DNA of 64,000 nt, taken from Macrostomum lignano (lineage: Eukaryota). The notes beneath the pieces were generated by a model, which saw only the letters and a program-made list of their open reading frames with translations, searched no databases and was not told the origin of the DNA. The stretch is from assembly GCA_002269645.1 (NCBI GenBank), contig NIVC01000247.1:124001-188000 (forward strand), read 5' to 3'. This document shows positions 1 to 11,600 of the stretch, piece after piece. Position 1 is the first letter of the stretch, and each line of letters starts with the position of its first letter. The position numbers and the translations under genes were made by a program.

Positions 1-246
1 AAGCAAACGATCCTATTCATGAACAGGCGCTGCTTCGGTTGAATGCTCTCTATAACTAAGTTGACTATTCAAAGCTCTCATTTAATTCAATGCGCACGAA
101 AACAGTGAATTCAATTGTCTGCCAGCCAAGTTTGCGCGGATACATAGATGCAATATCTCTCAAGCTTATAAATTAGGATTGCTTCGTGTGCCATGAAAGA
201 CACAAATTTCCACGTCTCGTTTGAGTCTCACTGCTAAAGCTAGACG

Positions 247-1303
247 ATGCAAACTTTTACGTTGGTCTTCGGCATCAGCGCTTTGCTTCTAGCCACCTCA
301 CAGCAGGTGGACTGCGTATTCTGTCCGCCAGGATGGCTGTTGACAACCTCGCGCGGACTGTGCATCGGGACTCCGTCATTTCAAGCCGCTGCAGGCATCC
401 GGGCAGCTACGGCCGCTGATTTCTGCGGCAGAGCCGTCAGGCAGGCTGGTCTGGCGAGCTCAGCAGCCGACCCGGATGTGCTTCGGTTGGGGCAGAAGCT
501 GGCGAAGGGACGGCGACTGTGGGTTTCCGGCTGTTCGAAAGCTTCGATCGAACGGAATGAGTAAGGCTGCTGTCTAGTTCTGTTTTTCGGGGGTTCAGCA
601 TTTAGCACGACTGCCGACTCTCACGGCTCATCAGGGGTTCGATTCCCTTGTAAGCGCTAGCCGGCCTCATAAGTTAAGGTCTCCTGCAATAAAATGCGAT
701 CCCGGGGCTTGTCATGCAATCAATGACCATGAGGGCCAACCATCCAGGCACAGAGCGGGTCAGGGTTGCTGCACACAGTGCCGAAAGTCCCCCTAGACAC
801 TTGATTACTATATATTTTGTCCATCGGTTTCTGTGGAAAGCTTCCGAGGGTCACCTTTATTGATCAATTAAACGAATCCAAACCGTATAACCTCTCCGAA
901 ATGTCGCAATTGTTGCAGTGAAAGTCATCAGTGCTGCGCAATCAATCCCGTTGATGGAAAAATCACGCCAACAGCTTGTTCGGAGCTGCTCCCTCCTCTG
1001 TGCTCCGCGCCTCCCTTGCTAAGCCGGCAGAAGCGCCAATACTCTTACTACTACTACTTATACTCCACCACAACGCGTTCACCTTACTACGACTCGTACT
1101 ATTACTCAAGCGGCGCTTATGTAGGATTGGTTATCGGTGTGATTTTGGCAATTTTAATACCAATAGTGATTGTTGTGCTTGTGATCTGGTGCTGCTGCAA
1201 GTGCTGCAAAAGCAAGACGGTTGTCGTAAATCCAGTGCGTCAGCCTCAGCCTATGGGTATGGGAGTGAACATTGTGAATGTTCAGAATATGCAGCACCAC
1301 TGA
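247..1303 (+). CDS. Type I membrane protein with C-type-lectin-like domain, furin-like site, Tyr-rich stalk, TM helix and Cys cluster (predicted exons 247-560, 606-649, 975-1303)
   Basis: Signal peptide MQTFTLVFGISALLLATS; CPPGW...C...A..FC....LAS...LWVSG and terminal CSELLPPLC (C-x7-C) typical of CTLD folds. GT-AG introns 561-605 (45 nt, removes TAA 562-564 in frame) and 650-974 keep the frame into RQKR-QYSYYYY...-TM-WCCCKCCK. Confidence 0.65.
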
Positions 1304-2383
1304 TTGAGGACTGCTAGCTAGACTGTTACTTTTGTAGCAATTGATACACTCGAACTTTATGAATGTCCGTATAATTCAACAAAAAACCTAGCTTTTAGCG
1401 CCACTGCAAAGTGACAGGACCTTAGTGTACCATGTACTTACTGCATGTTCACATTTAGATTTGGTATTTGGTAAATATATTAATAATTGTTTATTTTTAA
1501 CTGTCTGTAACGATTTTTATTCAAAGTTCTTATATTACAGCGCTTTTGAAAGTTTCAATTTATAAACCAAACGCTGACTATATTGTAGTTCACCATTTTT
1601 ACTCATTGCAGTTTTACTCGTAGAGCAAAAAATAGCGTCTTTGAAATAATGCTGCAGTATCATGAGATATAAAATATAAACACTTCTATTTTGTTTTTTT
1701 TCACCAAGGAAAACTTGGTAATTCATATTCGATACAGTGTAAATCTTTTGAAAGCACCTCCGGTTTCGGGTTTTGTAAGTGAATGGAGAGCGGCGATCAG
1801 TGAAAGTACGTTAATTAATTGTGCACAAAATTTTGGCGTTCACAAAACAAAGTTCTGTGCTCTAAGATTTTTTAAAATTTACGGCTAATATAAAATGTGA
1901 AAAATAATTCGTACACACTGTGCATAAAACTTACTAATGACAGTAGCGCAAGCGCCGCGATTAAGCCGCGCGGCCCCGCGCAACCCCTTTGTAATTAATT
2001 AAGAATTAACCACAAGGACTAACCGGCCCCGTATAGTAGGTGTTTAGGAGACGTGCCATGCCTTTTTAAATCAAGGGTATAAGGTGACGTGATGCACTTC
2101 GATCCTCTCCTACATGTTTATGCCGTACAGGGAAAGACAAATGGGAGGATCAAACCACTTTGCGACCAGATATCTCTGCTGCTAGAGCCTTATGGCAGTT
2201 TAGACCATTGATGAAGGAATAGAATTCTATTCCAGCTTCATCCATGGTTTAGACCCAAAAAGGACTAAATAGTTTCCGGGTCCTTCTTAGGACCTTGCAC
2301 ATATCCCTAGCTGAGGTCGCTTTACTGATAAGTGAGATCCAGGGGACGGATATTCCGACTTTTTCTGTTCATGTTTGGACATT

Positions 2384-2816
2384 GCAGCTAGATGTAGCAG
2401 GCCGACCTGATCTACATATATACATCAAGGACAACTGAAGTTACGTTATATATAGGACGCGACACTCAGCTTTCGTGGAAATTTTTTTGGAGGCCCGTAA
2501 GCCGTACAAAGTTCTACGTACATAAGCTTAGGATTCGACCGCTTCCAACGAAGTGCCTATCAACATTGTACAAGGAATATCTAGGCAATTGGCAAACATT
2601 TTTCTAAAAGGACTAGTATACGGAGAGAATCAGCCATCTGTCGTGATGCTCCAAATCCTCAAAATCGTAGGCTGCGAAAGCTTAGATTAGCTTTCTACGT
2701 GCAACTATTCGAAAATTACATACATGTGATCGAAGACCAGGCCTCCAATAAAAGTTACACGATACGCGAGTGTTGCGTCCTACTACTTCAGTTGTCCTTG
2801 ATATACGTCTAACTGC
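2384..2816. repeat. Degenerate foldback / MITE-like inverted repeat
   Basis: ATCAAGGACAACTGAAGT (2424-2441) is the reverse complement of 2785-2802; TAGGACGCGACACTC (2453-2467) pairs with 2768-2782 with one mismatch. Confidence 0.5.
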
Positions 2817-3148
2817 CCAGCGATCCTTGGCGAGAGACCGTGAGATCATTGCCCAACCAACAAGCTAGGATAATACATGTACTGTACGTAGATATCACTG
2901 TGTGACGAATTTGAGAATTCAAGAAGTTCATAATTTAAATTTAACATCAGGGTTTTAGCTAAAAGGCTTGTTTTAACAACAATAACTATAGTTTTAAAGG
3001 TTTTTTGAAAATAATTTATTAGTTAGTGTTAAGTACGTACAATATTTAAAAACAGACTTATTGAACTTTAATAAATAGTTTTATTTTTTAGTAAATTAGC
3101 TACTTTTTAAATCAACTTTCATGACACTTTCTGACATCAATTCTGTTA

Positions 3149-3273
3149 CACGGTTAGGCTGGGCACTGATATTGAGGAAAAAATTGCCACAAGACGGCAC
3201 CTATGTGCCATTAAACTACTGCCTTTCTGTAGTTTGGAAAGCCCACTCATTAAAATTCATGTGCCTATCTTTG
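3149..3273 (+). repeat. Left TIR of Chapaev-type transposon
   Basis: Reverse complement of 6230-6354 with 5 mismatches. Confidence 0.95.
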
Positions 3274-3656
3274 CTGTGTATGGCACTATATGTTTCGGTA
3301 CACTTTAAAACAAAATATTTTATTGCTCTAATAGAATTTTTGCTAATCAGATGATAATTATGAATAGACCACAAAGGACTTTGGGAGTAAATATTGCCCC
3401 ATATCTGCTTGAGCAATAAAACGCTGCACCACAGGTAGCTTATGCCTTATAATTGCAGTCATAAAGAGGAATTTATCAATAGTAATAACACAGTAGTATC
3501 TTATCTATAATTGCTTTGTAATATTTCTGCCAGGTGCGTTAACTTGGTTATCATACTGCTCAATTTACTTATAAAGGTTTGATCTAGTTCTATTTGATCT
3601 AAAACAAGCGAGTGCCTGAACTGAAAGAGCTGTTTGCATAGCTTGTACTGTCTACA

Positions 3657-5699
3657 ATGCCAACGACAAAAAAAACTCATAACGAGAACAGGCAAAGTTT
3701 GTGCCTGCTCTGCTTGAGACGAGCTTCTGCGCTGATTTCTTCTTGCTCTAATTTCGAATCCGTGGCAGCCGACTTGTTCCAGGACTACGAGGCAGTGCGG
3801 CACTTTCTACCTGAAGGAGTTTGCCAGGGCTGCAGGCGCGTTTTATCGTCACTAAGAAGTCTGACGCCTCGTGCTCTGCCACCGCGACCAGATTACGAGA
3901 AGATAATAGCCGACATGAAGAGTCTGCCTCCAGCCACCAGAAGCAGACCGGATTGCAACTGCCAACTGTGCGAAATGGCTCGTGGCAATCACCACAAAGG
4001 CAGCGATCCAAAGACGCCTTACACAACAGGTCCTGCTCGAGCCCCACCTGGTCGACCACGCGAAAGATCCCCAGCACCAGCTGAAGGAGCAACGGCTGTG
4101 CTTTCCTGCTCATACTGTCATTCTCCAGTTGGGCGTGGCAAACAGCACAAATGCAACTCGACAGCTAAGGTGACTAACATCGAGCAAACAGTCAGCCCAA
4201 GGACAAGGGAGATGCTGGCCAGCAACTGCATTGCCGAAAAGACGGGTGGGTCGACGGCGGATTCGAATTCGATCACTCTGGCCAGACATCGAGGCGGCCA
4301 TCCGATTCGAGTTGCTGTGCATGTTGCTCAAAACAGCAGTGCGAGCTTTCCTCCAACGAGGACGGACACTATGATGCACTTGAAAACAACTCTGAATCTG
4401 AGCAACAATCAAGTGCTACAGGCTGCTCAAGTGCTTCGTGCTGGCGCGAGCTCATCTCGTGCAGTCGAGTCAAACTTGAAGAAAATTTTGGTACAGCAAA
4501 ATCGAGCATTAGAGGATTACTTCGACATCCAGAATCTCCAGTTCTCGGAGCTGACCTCGACTGCCGCAACAGCCGACACTATTTGCCGCCCGACTGTTGT
4601 CTGCAACGACTCGGTCAAACTCATTGCACATGTTGCTCAGCAACGCAGTTTCAATGATTTTCACTGTCTGCTGGGTCTCGATGGTGGCGGCGGATTTTTT
4701 AAAGTTTGCGTTTCGATAATTGGCTCTAACGCAAAACCCGAAATCGGAACTCGAGGAGCCAACAGCAGGAAATTCTGTGACACGGGTGTCAAGAAGATCC
4801 TGTTGCTTGCGATCGTCAACGACGTTCCTGAGACTTACGGAAATATTCAGGCTCTGCTAGAGGCGATCGCTGTCAACGAACTTCAAATCCCAGTCACTGC
4901 AGATATGAAAGTTGCAAACATCATCTGCGGACTGCAACCTCATTCCTGTACACATCCGTGCCCCTATTGCGAAGCTCTGGCTCCTCTTACAGAAAATGGT
5001 GTGCCAAGAACTCTTGGGAGAATTCGGCAGTTTGCTCAGCAGTTTCAAGCAGCTGGCCAAGTTCGTGCAAAGGCAAAGAACTTTAAAAACTGTGTCAACA
5101 TGCCACTGCTACCAGGCGATGATGACAAAGAAGTTTTGATGCTTCTGCCGCCACCTGAGCTGCACCTGCTCCTTGGAGTCAGCAACCGACTGCTGGACAA
5201 GCTCAACGAAGCTTGGGGTGCGAATCGCGCGTTCGAGTGGGCTCATCAGCATGGCATTATTCGAGCTGATTACAGAGGTGGCATGATGGAAGGAAACGCC
5301 TGCCGCCAGCTGCTCCGCAAATCACCGCAGCTTCACGCTGATCTGCCTCCACCATTACAGCCGTACGGGGCGTGTCTGATGGCGTTCGATCGGCTGGTCA
5401 GCAGCGCCTTTGGAACCGAATTGGCGGCAGACTTTGAAGAGGCAATTGAGAATTTTCGACTGGCCTACATGAGCTTAAGCTTACCTGTCACCCCAAAAGT
5501 TCACGTTGTCTTTTGCCATGTTGGAGAGTTCTGCCGGCGGACAGGGCAAGCGCTTGGCAGCTGCAGCGAGCAAGCAGTGGAGAGTGTTCACTCTGATTTT
5601 GCCAAAACGTGGTCACGGTACAGCCTGCCAGCGCACCATGCTGAGTTTGGCCAAAATCTTTTGCGCGCCGTGGTTGCTTACAACAGCCACCACATTTAA
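3657..5699 (+). CDS. 680-aa DDE transposase with RAG1-like core and N-terminal Chapa-type zinc finger
   Basis: N-terminal H-x7-C-x2-C ... P-x3-C-x2-C ... C-x-C-x2-C. Core motifs LGLDGGGG (D), TADMK (D), CPYC, ELHLLLG, MEGNACRQLL, TPKVHVVFCH (H-x4-H), SEQAVESVH (E) are colinear with RAG1/Transib motifs. Confidence 0.85.
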   Translation: MPTTKKTHNENRQSLCLLCLRRASALISSCSNFESVAADLFQDYEAVRHFLPEGVCQGCRRVLSSLRSLTPRALPPRPDYEKIIADMKSLPPATRSRPDCNCQLCEMARGNHHKGSDPKTPYTTGPARAPPGRPRERSPAPAEGATAVLSCSYCHSPVGRGKQHKCNSTAKVTNIEQTVSPRTREMLASNCIAEKTGGSTADSNSITLARHRGGHPIRVAVHVAQNSSASFPPTRTDTMMHLKTTLNLSNNQVLQAAQVLRAGASSSRAVESNLKKILVQQNRALEDYFDIQNLQFSELTSTAATADTICRPTVVCNDSVKLIAHVAQQRSFNDFHCLLGLDGGGGFFKVCVSIIGSNAKPEIGTRGANSRKFCDTGVKKILLLAIVNDVPETYGNIQALLEAIAVNELQIPVTADMKVANIICGLQPHSCTHPCPYCEALAPLTENGVPRTLGRIRQFAQQFQAAGQVRAKAKNFKNCVNMPLLPGDDDKEVLMLLPPPELHLLLGVSNRLLDKLNEAWGANRAFEWAHQHGIIRADYRGGMMEGNACRQLLRKSPQLHADLPPPLQPYGACLMAFDRLVSSAFGTELAADFEEAIENFRLAYMSLSLPVTPKVHVVFCHVGEFCRRTGQALGSCSEQAVESVHSDFAKTWSRYSLPAHHAEFGQNLLRAVVAYNSHHI

Positions 5700-6229
5700 T
5701 CCCGGTAACTCGGTTTTCTGCTTTACTGGTAAAAGAAATGGCAGTGGTTGTTAGTCTTACAGTAAAGTAGTATTCAAAGGACCCTATAAATTTAAAATAC
5801 TAAAATTTTTGCAAGCTCCCGTACTGTAGAAAGCTTTCATACTTTTGCTACTTTATATGCTAATACGAGCGTACCTTGCAATATTATTGCAGAAATGCAT
5901 GTAGTTCTGGTTAATATTTGAGGAACTTGCTACACAAAAAGAATATAGTTATTTCGAAATTTTTCTATAAAACCCATGCTGTTTCTGAGTATTTAAATGT
6001 AAACAATTTGTAATGTTAGAAATCGTAAAATTATTTAACTTACTAACTTACAAGCTAGTTAACAAGTAAAACAAGCAATAATACTACACAAACATTAACC
6101 TAAATAAACTTCTTGTAATCTTGTACTCTTTTTTGTACAAGTATACATTAAGTCTGTCACTTGCTAAAAATTTCTGCTTGTCTTATTAACGAGAGCAATT
6201 AATGAGAGCAATTGTACACAGATTGTACA

Positions 6230-6354
6230 CAAAGATAGGCACATGAATTTTAATGAGTGGGCTTTCTGAACTACAGAAAGGCAGTAGTTTAATGGTACAT
6301 AGGTGCCATCTTGTGGCAATTTTTTCCCCAATATCAGTGCCCAGCCTAACCGTG
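6230..6354 (-). repeat. Right TIR of Chapaev-type transposon
   Basis: Ends ...CAGCCTAACCGTG followed by the TSD GTTA. Confidence 0.95.
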
Positions 6355-6553
6355 GTTAATTCTGTAAATTCAATCAAGTAGCGTATCGTCTCAATTCAAT
6401 GTTGTGTTGAAGGTTGAAGTCTGCCTATTTTGTCCAAGCAAAAGCATGGACATAAAAGTAAAATATATTTTAGTCATACCGAAATTTATATATTTGGTAG
6501 AAATTTTCTTGGATTTATGGGCCTATCATTACGCCTTTTAAACTTTGTCCAAC

Positions 6554-6629
6554 TCGGAATATTCCAACCATTATTCCGACTTGTAATGCGGTTAAATTAC
6601 AAGTCGAAATAATGGTTAGAATATTCCGA
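6554..6629. other. 76-nt near-perfect hairpin (34-bp arms, 8-nt loop)
   Basis: 6554-6587 versus 6596-6629 differ at 2 positions, both G-U wobbles on the minus strand. Confidence 0.8.
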
Positions 6630-7409
6630 CTGATTAAGCCCTATTGCTATTAAACACTATTGCTAGAGTCTAAATATCATTCTGACTCTTATTTTGACTG
6701 ATTATTTAATACATTGCAAGAGTCTAAACCTAAATATCATTCCAACTCTTATACTGATTGATTATTAAATACATATTGCAAGAGTCTAAATATCATTCTG
6801 ACTGTTAAATGCACAATTTTTTACATTTACTTTGACAAAGTATGCACAGAATAAAGCAAACTTTTAAATAATGTTAGCCCAAAATTTTAAACTAAAATAA
6901 AATAAATTAAATTTTGGGTTGGATTAGGAGTTAGTTAGTTGCTGTCTTGGGATGATTTCTTTTTGCATTGCACTTCATTTGAGTATTTTGTGTTTTCTTT
7001 GTAAAGGCTTAATTTGGCTATCTTTTTGTTACTTGTAGAGAACAGAGATTCTATACAGATATCCCCCAATGGGGGGCGAAGATTGCTAGTGGAAATCTAA
7101 TTTCAATCTATCACTTAGTCTTTTAAATTTGGTAAATCAATTTTCAATTAAAATTTAATGTAAAGCAATCATTTTAATAGATTGAATACAATAATAATTT
7201 TTTTGACTTTTTAGATACAAAACTATTTATATTATAGGCCCCTAGTTTTACATTTTCTTAAACATCAATTCTTTCTTCACTTTTAAAAATCACCTTACTA
7301 ATGTAAAATTGTCATGGACAATGATATTTGCTATGAATCTCTTTTTTCTAAAATTAACAAACAAAGAACAAATATAGCTTTCACAAAGATGATAGACATT
7401 CTCCCTAAA

Positions 7410-8290
7410 AAGAAAATATTCCCAAGATAGCAAGCATCCTCCAGATCGCAAGCACCCCCCTCTAAAAATAAGCAACCACAGATAGCAAGCATCCCCTAAT
7501 ACTCGAGCAAGCATCTCCCCAGATAGAAGCATCCACCCAGATAGAAGCATCTACCCAGATAGCAAGAATCCCTAAATAGCAAGCATCCCTAGATAGAAAG
7601 AATCCCATACATGTAGCCAAGCATAGTAATCCTTGGTTTACCCAGTGCAGTAATCCTTGGTTTATCAAGCATCCTTGGTTTGCCAAGTGCAATAATCCTT
7701 GGTTTATCAAGTGCAGAAATCTTAGCAATTTTCTTAATAAGCCTCAACATTGCAGCAATTATATTTCAGCCTTGACATCTTCGCAATTCTCCCCATCCAG
7801 AAAGCCTTGAAATCCCAACAACCCAACTCCCCTCCTCCCAACAATTCAGTCATCTCCCATGAGCCTTAATATCTCAACAATTTAGCCATCCCCAATGAGT
7901 CTAGATATCTCAACAATTCAGCCATCCCCCATGAGCCTGAGCCTTGATACCTTAGCAATTCTCATAGTAGGCCTTGACATCTCAGAAATTCCCTCAGTAA
8001 GCATCAACATCGCAGCAATTAAACTCAAGCCTTGACAGCTGCGCAGTTCTTCTAGCCCAGTAAGCCTTGACATCTCAGCGATTCCCTTAATAAGCCTTGG
8101 CATCTCAGCAATTCCCCCAGTAAGCCTTGGCATCTAAAACATTTCCTCAGTAAACCTTGGCATCTCAGCACTTCCCCCAGTAAGTCTTGACATCTTAGAA
8201 ATTTCCTCAGTAAGCCTTGACATCTCAGCAATTCCCCCAGTAAGCCTTGGTATCTTAAGCAATTTCCCCAGTAAACCTTGACATCTATCT
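7410..8290. repeat. Degenerate tandem repeats (AGATAGCAAGCATCCC-like and ~30-bp TTGACATCTCAGCAATTCCCCCAGTAAGCC-like)
   Basis: Recurring diverged units; the ~30-bp family recurs at 13440-14400 on the other side of the Gypsy element. Confidence 0.75.
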
Positions 8291-8600
8291 GTAAATGCTA
8301 AAGCATTTATCTATAGGCTCATTCCATATAAGATGGACATTTTTGGAAAATAGAAAAAAGTCAATATTTTTGCTTGCCATTGCCTTATCAGCCAATTTTT
8401 TTACCAAATGTTTTTTATGTGCAATATCTACAATCTAAGAATAAATGAATGATAAAATGTTAGATTAGTATGCTATCAAGTGGCAAAAAGTCATTTTTGT
8501 AAAAATTTAGACATTTTTCGAAGCAAAAGACATCATTAAGTTTGTGTACCTTTTAAAAACAAATAGAAAGCTTTGGAAGGTTGAAACAAACTATAGATAA

Positions 8601-11600
8601 TGTTGTGTTCTAGTTGATTGATTAAATTCAATTCAGTTGGAGACACTTGAGTCTCGCTCAATATATTTATACTCATGTGCACGTTGAAAACAGTGTTACG
8701 CAATTGAAACAACGATACCATGATTGAACGCACGATGCATATAAGGTAATTGAACAATTCTACCCTCAAAGTTAGTTAGTTACAACACCTAGGCCTGATG
8801 CACAGTCACTACATTCTCCCCCCTTCCGGAAGAGGATAACGCGCCGGTTGCCGTCGAGCTCGAGTTGACCTTCGAAGTTCAGGTGGAGGTGGCGGCTCGC
8901 CCATCCGTGGGGGCGGAGCCGGCGGCAGCGGCAAATCGAACCAGTCGTCCTCTTGGTCGGCCGCGCCGTTGTCAGCCGGTGGGCTGTTGCACTTAACCAG
9001 CCGACTCGCTTACCATTTTGTACCGTCGGACAGCACGAAGGTGTTGCGCCCTGCTTTGGAGGCGATCTTTAGTGGTTCCTTCAGTCGGGTCGCCAGCTTG
9101 TGCGCTCGGTGCGGCGTCTGTCGCCAGACCCAGTCTCCGGCCTGGAGCATAGAGTCACGAGCTCGCCTTCGCTTGTTGGTGTAGTCGGCATTCTTGGCTT
9201 GCCTCTGTGTGATACTGTCTCGCAGGTCGCTGTCGTCCCGCTGTTGCACTGGAGTTGGCCTGAGCAGCTGCAGTCCGGACCGCAGCTTGCGCCCAATCAT
9301 CAGCTTGGCTGGAGTCAGCCCGGTGAGAGCGTGCTGGCTGGTCCTGTAAGTCTTGAGCACCAGGTCGATGGCGTCCTCGAACTTCGCTCCCGCCCTCAGG
9401 TTCGCTGCCAGGCCCTCCTTCAGACTCCGGTTGAATCGCTCGACTCCGCCGTTGCCTTGCGGGTAGTACCGGCTCACTCGGCTGTGCTTGATGCCCTCGG
9501 CTCGCAGGAACTCTTTGAACTCGTCGCTGACAAACTGGGGTTCGTTGTCGCTGATCAGCATCTTCGGGACTCCCCACCGGCCGAATAGCTTCCAAAGCGT
9601 CTTGATGATGTTGGCAGAGGTGACGGTTTCCATGGCTGCAATCTCCGGCCACTTGCTGTACAGGTCGTGGATCACCAGTAGAAACCGCTGGTGTCGAGGA
9701 GCCGCGGCGACCTCGCCAAAGATGTCGATCTCGACCTTGTCCCACGGTCCATCTGGCCACTCGATTGGTGTCACGATCGTCTGTTGAGGCTTACCGGACT
9801 TCTCCGCCAGAGTGCAGGCCGTGCAGTTCTTGACGTAGTCCTCCACCTGCCGGTCAATTCCAGGAAACCAGACCGTGTCGCGGCACCGCTGCTTTGACCG
9901 AACGACGCCCGGATGCCCTTTGTGGGCCTCTTCGATGACTTGAAGTCGCAGGCTCGTTGGGATGATCGCGCGTTCACCACGACCGAGGCACTGACCGTTG
10001 TTCCAGCAGAACAGCTCGTCCCCGGACGTTGAAGTACGGCTTTAGAGAGCTGTCCACCTTCGTTGGCCAGCCGCCCGAGATGTACTGCAAAACCGCCTGC
10101 AGCGCCTCGTCCTCCTTGGTCGCTGTTGCCAGTGCGCCTGCCGTCAGCGTTGTCTTCGAGTCGACGACTGCGTAGACGTAGCCCTCCTCGTCGGTCTCCT
10201 TGGCTGGAACGCGCTCCGTTGTGGCCCATCTGGACAGCATGTCCGCGCACTTGTTGTCAGCGCCAGGGATGTGCTCAAACCGGACGTCGTAGCTGCGAAG
10301 TCTCTCGACCCATCGATGAATGCGAAGAGGCCTGTGCCCCATGCCTTTCGAGTCGAGCAGAGTTGTCAGGGCCTTGTGGTCGGTGCGCAGCGTTACTCGT
10401 CTGCCGTATAGATAGTAGTGCCAGCGTTCGATGCTCCATACACAGGCCAGGGCTTCTCGCTCTCTGGCTGAGTATCGCTTTTCCGCTGGGCTGAGTGCTC
10501 TCGATGCGAACGCGATTGGCACCTCTTTTTCGTTTTGTACTTGGCTGAGCACTGCCCCCAGTCCATCTAGACTTGCATCGCAGGTGACGTACGTCTCAGC
10601 TTGGCAGTCAAAATGAGCTAACACTGGGCTGCTGGTTACGGCTGACTTGAGTGTACGGAAGGCTGTACGTTCCCGCTCACCCCAGTGCCAATCCGCGTCC
10701 TTTTTGAGCAGTTGTCTCAGAGGCTCGGCAATTGCTGAGTAATGCGGTATGAACTTGTGCAAAAAGTTCACTGCCCCGAGAAACGATTGAATTTGCGCGA
10801 CCGTTGATGGCTCAGGAATTCTTAGAATTGCGTCAACGTTGCACTTGGTCGGTTTGATGCCGTCTGCAGAGATGACCAATCCGAAGAAATCCACGCTCGC
10901 CTGCCGGAATTTGCACTTCTCTCGATTGAGTGTGAAGCCTTCGCAATGAATCCGCCCTAGGACTTCTCGGAGGTTCTTGTCGTGCTCAGTCTCGTCCTTG
11001 CCATGCACCAGGATGTCGTCCACGATGTTGATGGTGCCAGGAGCTCCTCGAAGCACCGTCTGCAGGGCTCGCTGGAAGGCAGCTCCGGAGCTAGATAGCC
11101 CGAATGGCACCACGGTGAACTGGTACAGGCCGGCATCGGTGATGAAGCACGTCAGTCCTCGAGAGTCTGGATGTAGCGGAATCTGCTGGTAGCCTTGACG
11201 CAGGTCCAGCTTGCTGAAGCACTTCGAGCCGTTGATGCTGGCCGATAGGTCCTCGATTGACGGTACCGGATAGTGGTCCGCGATCACCGCCTTGTTGACC
11301 TGCCGCAGATCCACGCAAAGACGAACCTTGTTGGACTCCTTCTTGCGCGTCACGACAACGTTGCTAACCCACTCGGACGCGTCGACCTTCTCAATGATGC
11401 CCTGTTGCTCCATCCGGCTGATCTCTGACGTCACTTCGTCCTTCAGGCCGATCGGCAGCTTCCGCATTGGCTGAGACACTGGCTTGACCGAGGCGTCGAT
11501 CTTTGTCTGGTGAATGAAGCTCTTGGACCGGCCCAGACCGTCGAAGATTCCGGGGAAGTCGCGCTCGATCGTAGTCTCGCTGATGCTCATCACTCTGTTG

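Larger units (their letters stand above)
3149..6354 (+). mobile_element. Intact-looking Chapaev-type (CMC/Transib/RAG1-related) DNA transposon, 3206 bp
   Basis: 125-bp TIRs 3149-3273 and 6230-6354 (5 mismatches) starting CACGGTTAGGCTGGGCACTG; 4-bp TSD GTTA (3145-3148, 6355-6358); single uninterrupted transposase ORF. Confidence 0.9.

Noticed and set aside
562-564. Stop-codon readthrough or nonsense mutation in the lectin-like gene
   Set aside because: A 45-nt GT-AG intron (561-605) removes the stop in frame and is more parsimonious, although readthrough gives GCCLVL, so RNA data are needed.
3149-3190. RSS-like 12/23 architecture in the transposon TIRs
   Set aside because: The heptamer-like end is present, but the A-tract is equally spaced on both ends and is not a nonamer match; no RAG2-like ORF inside the element.
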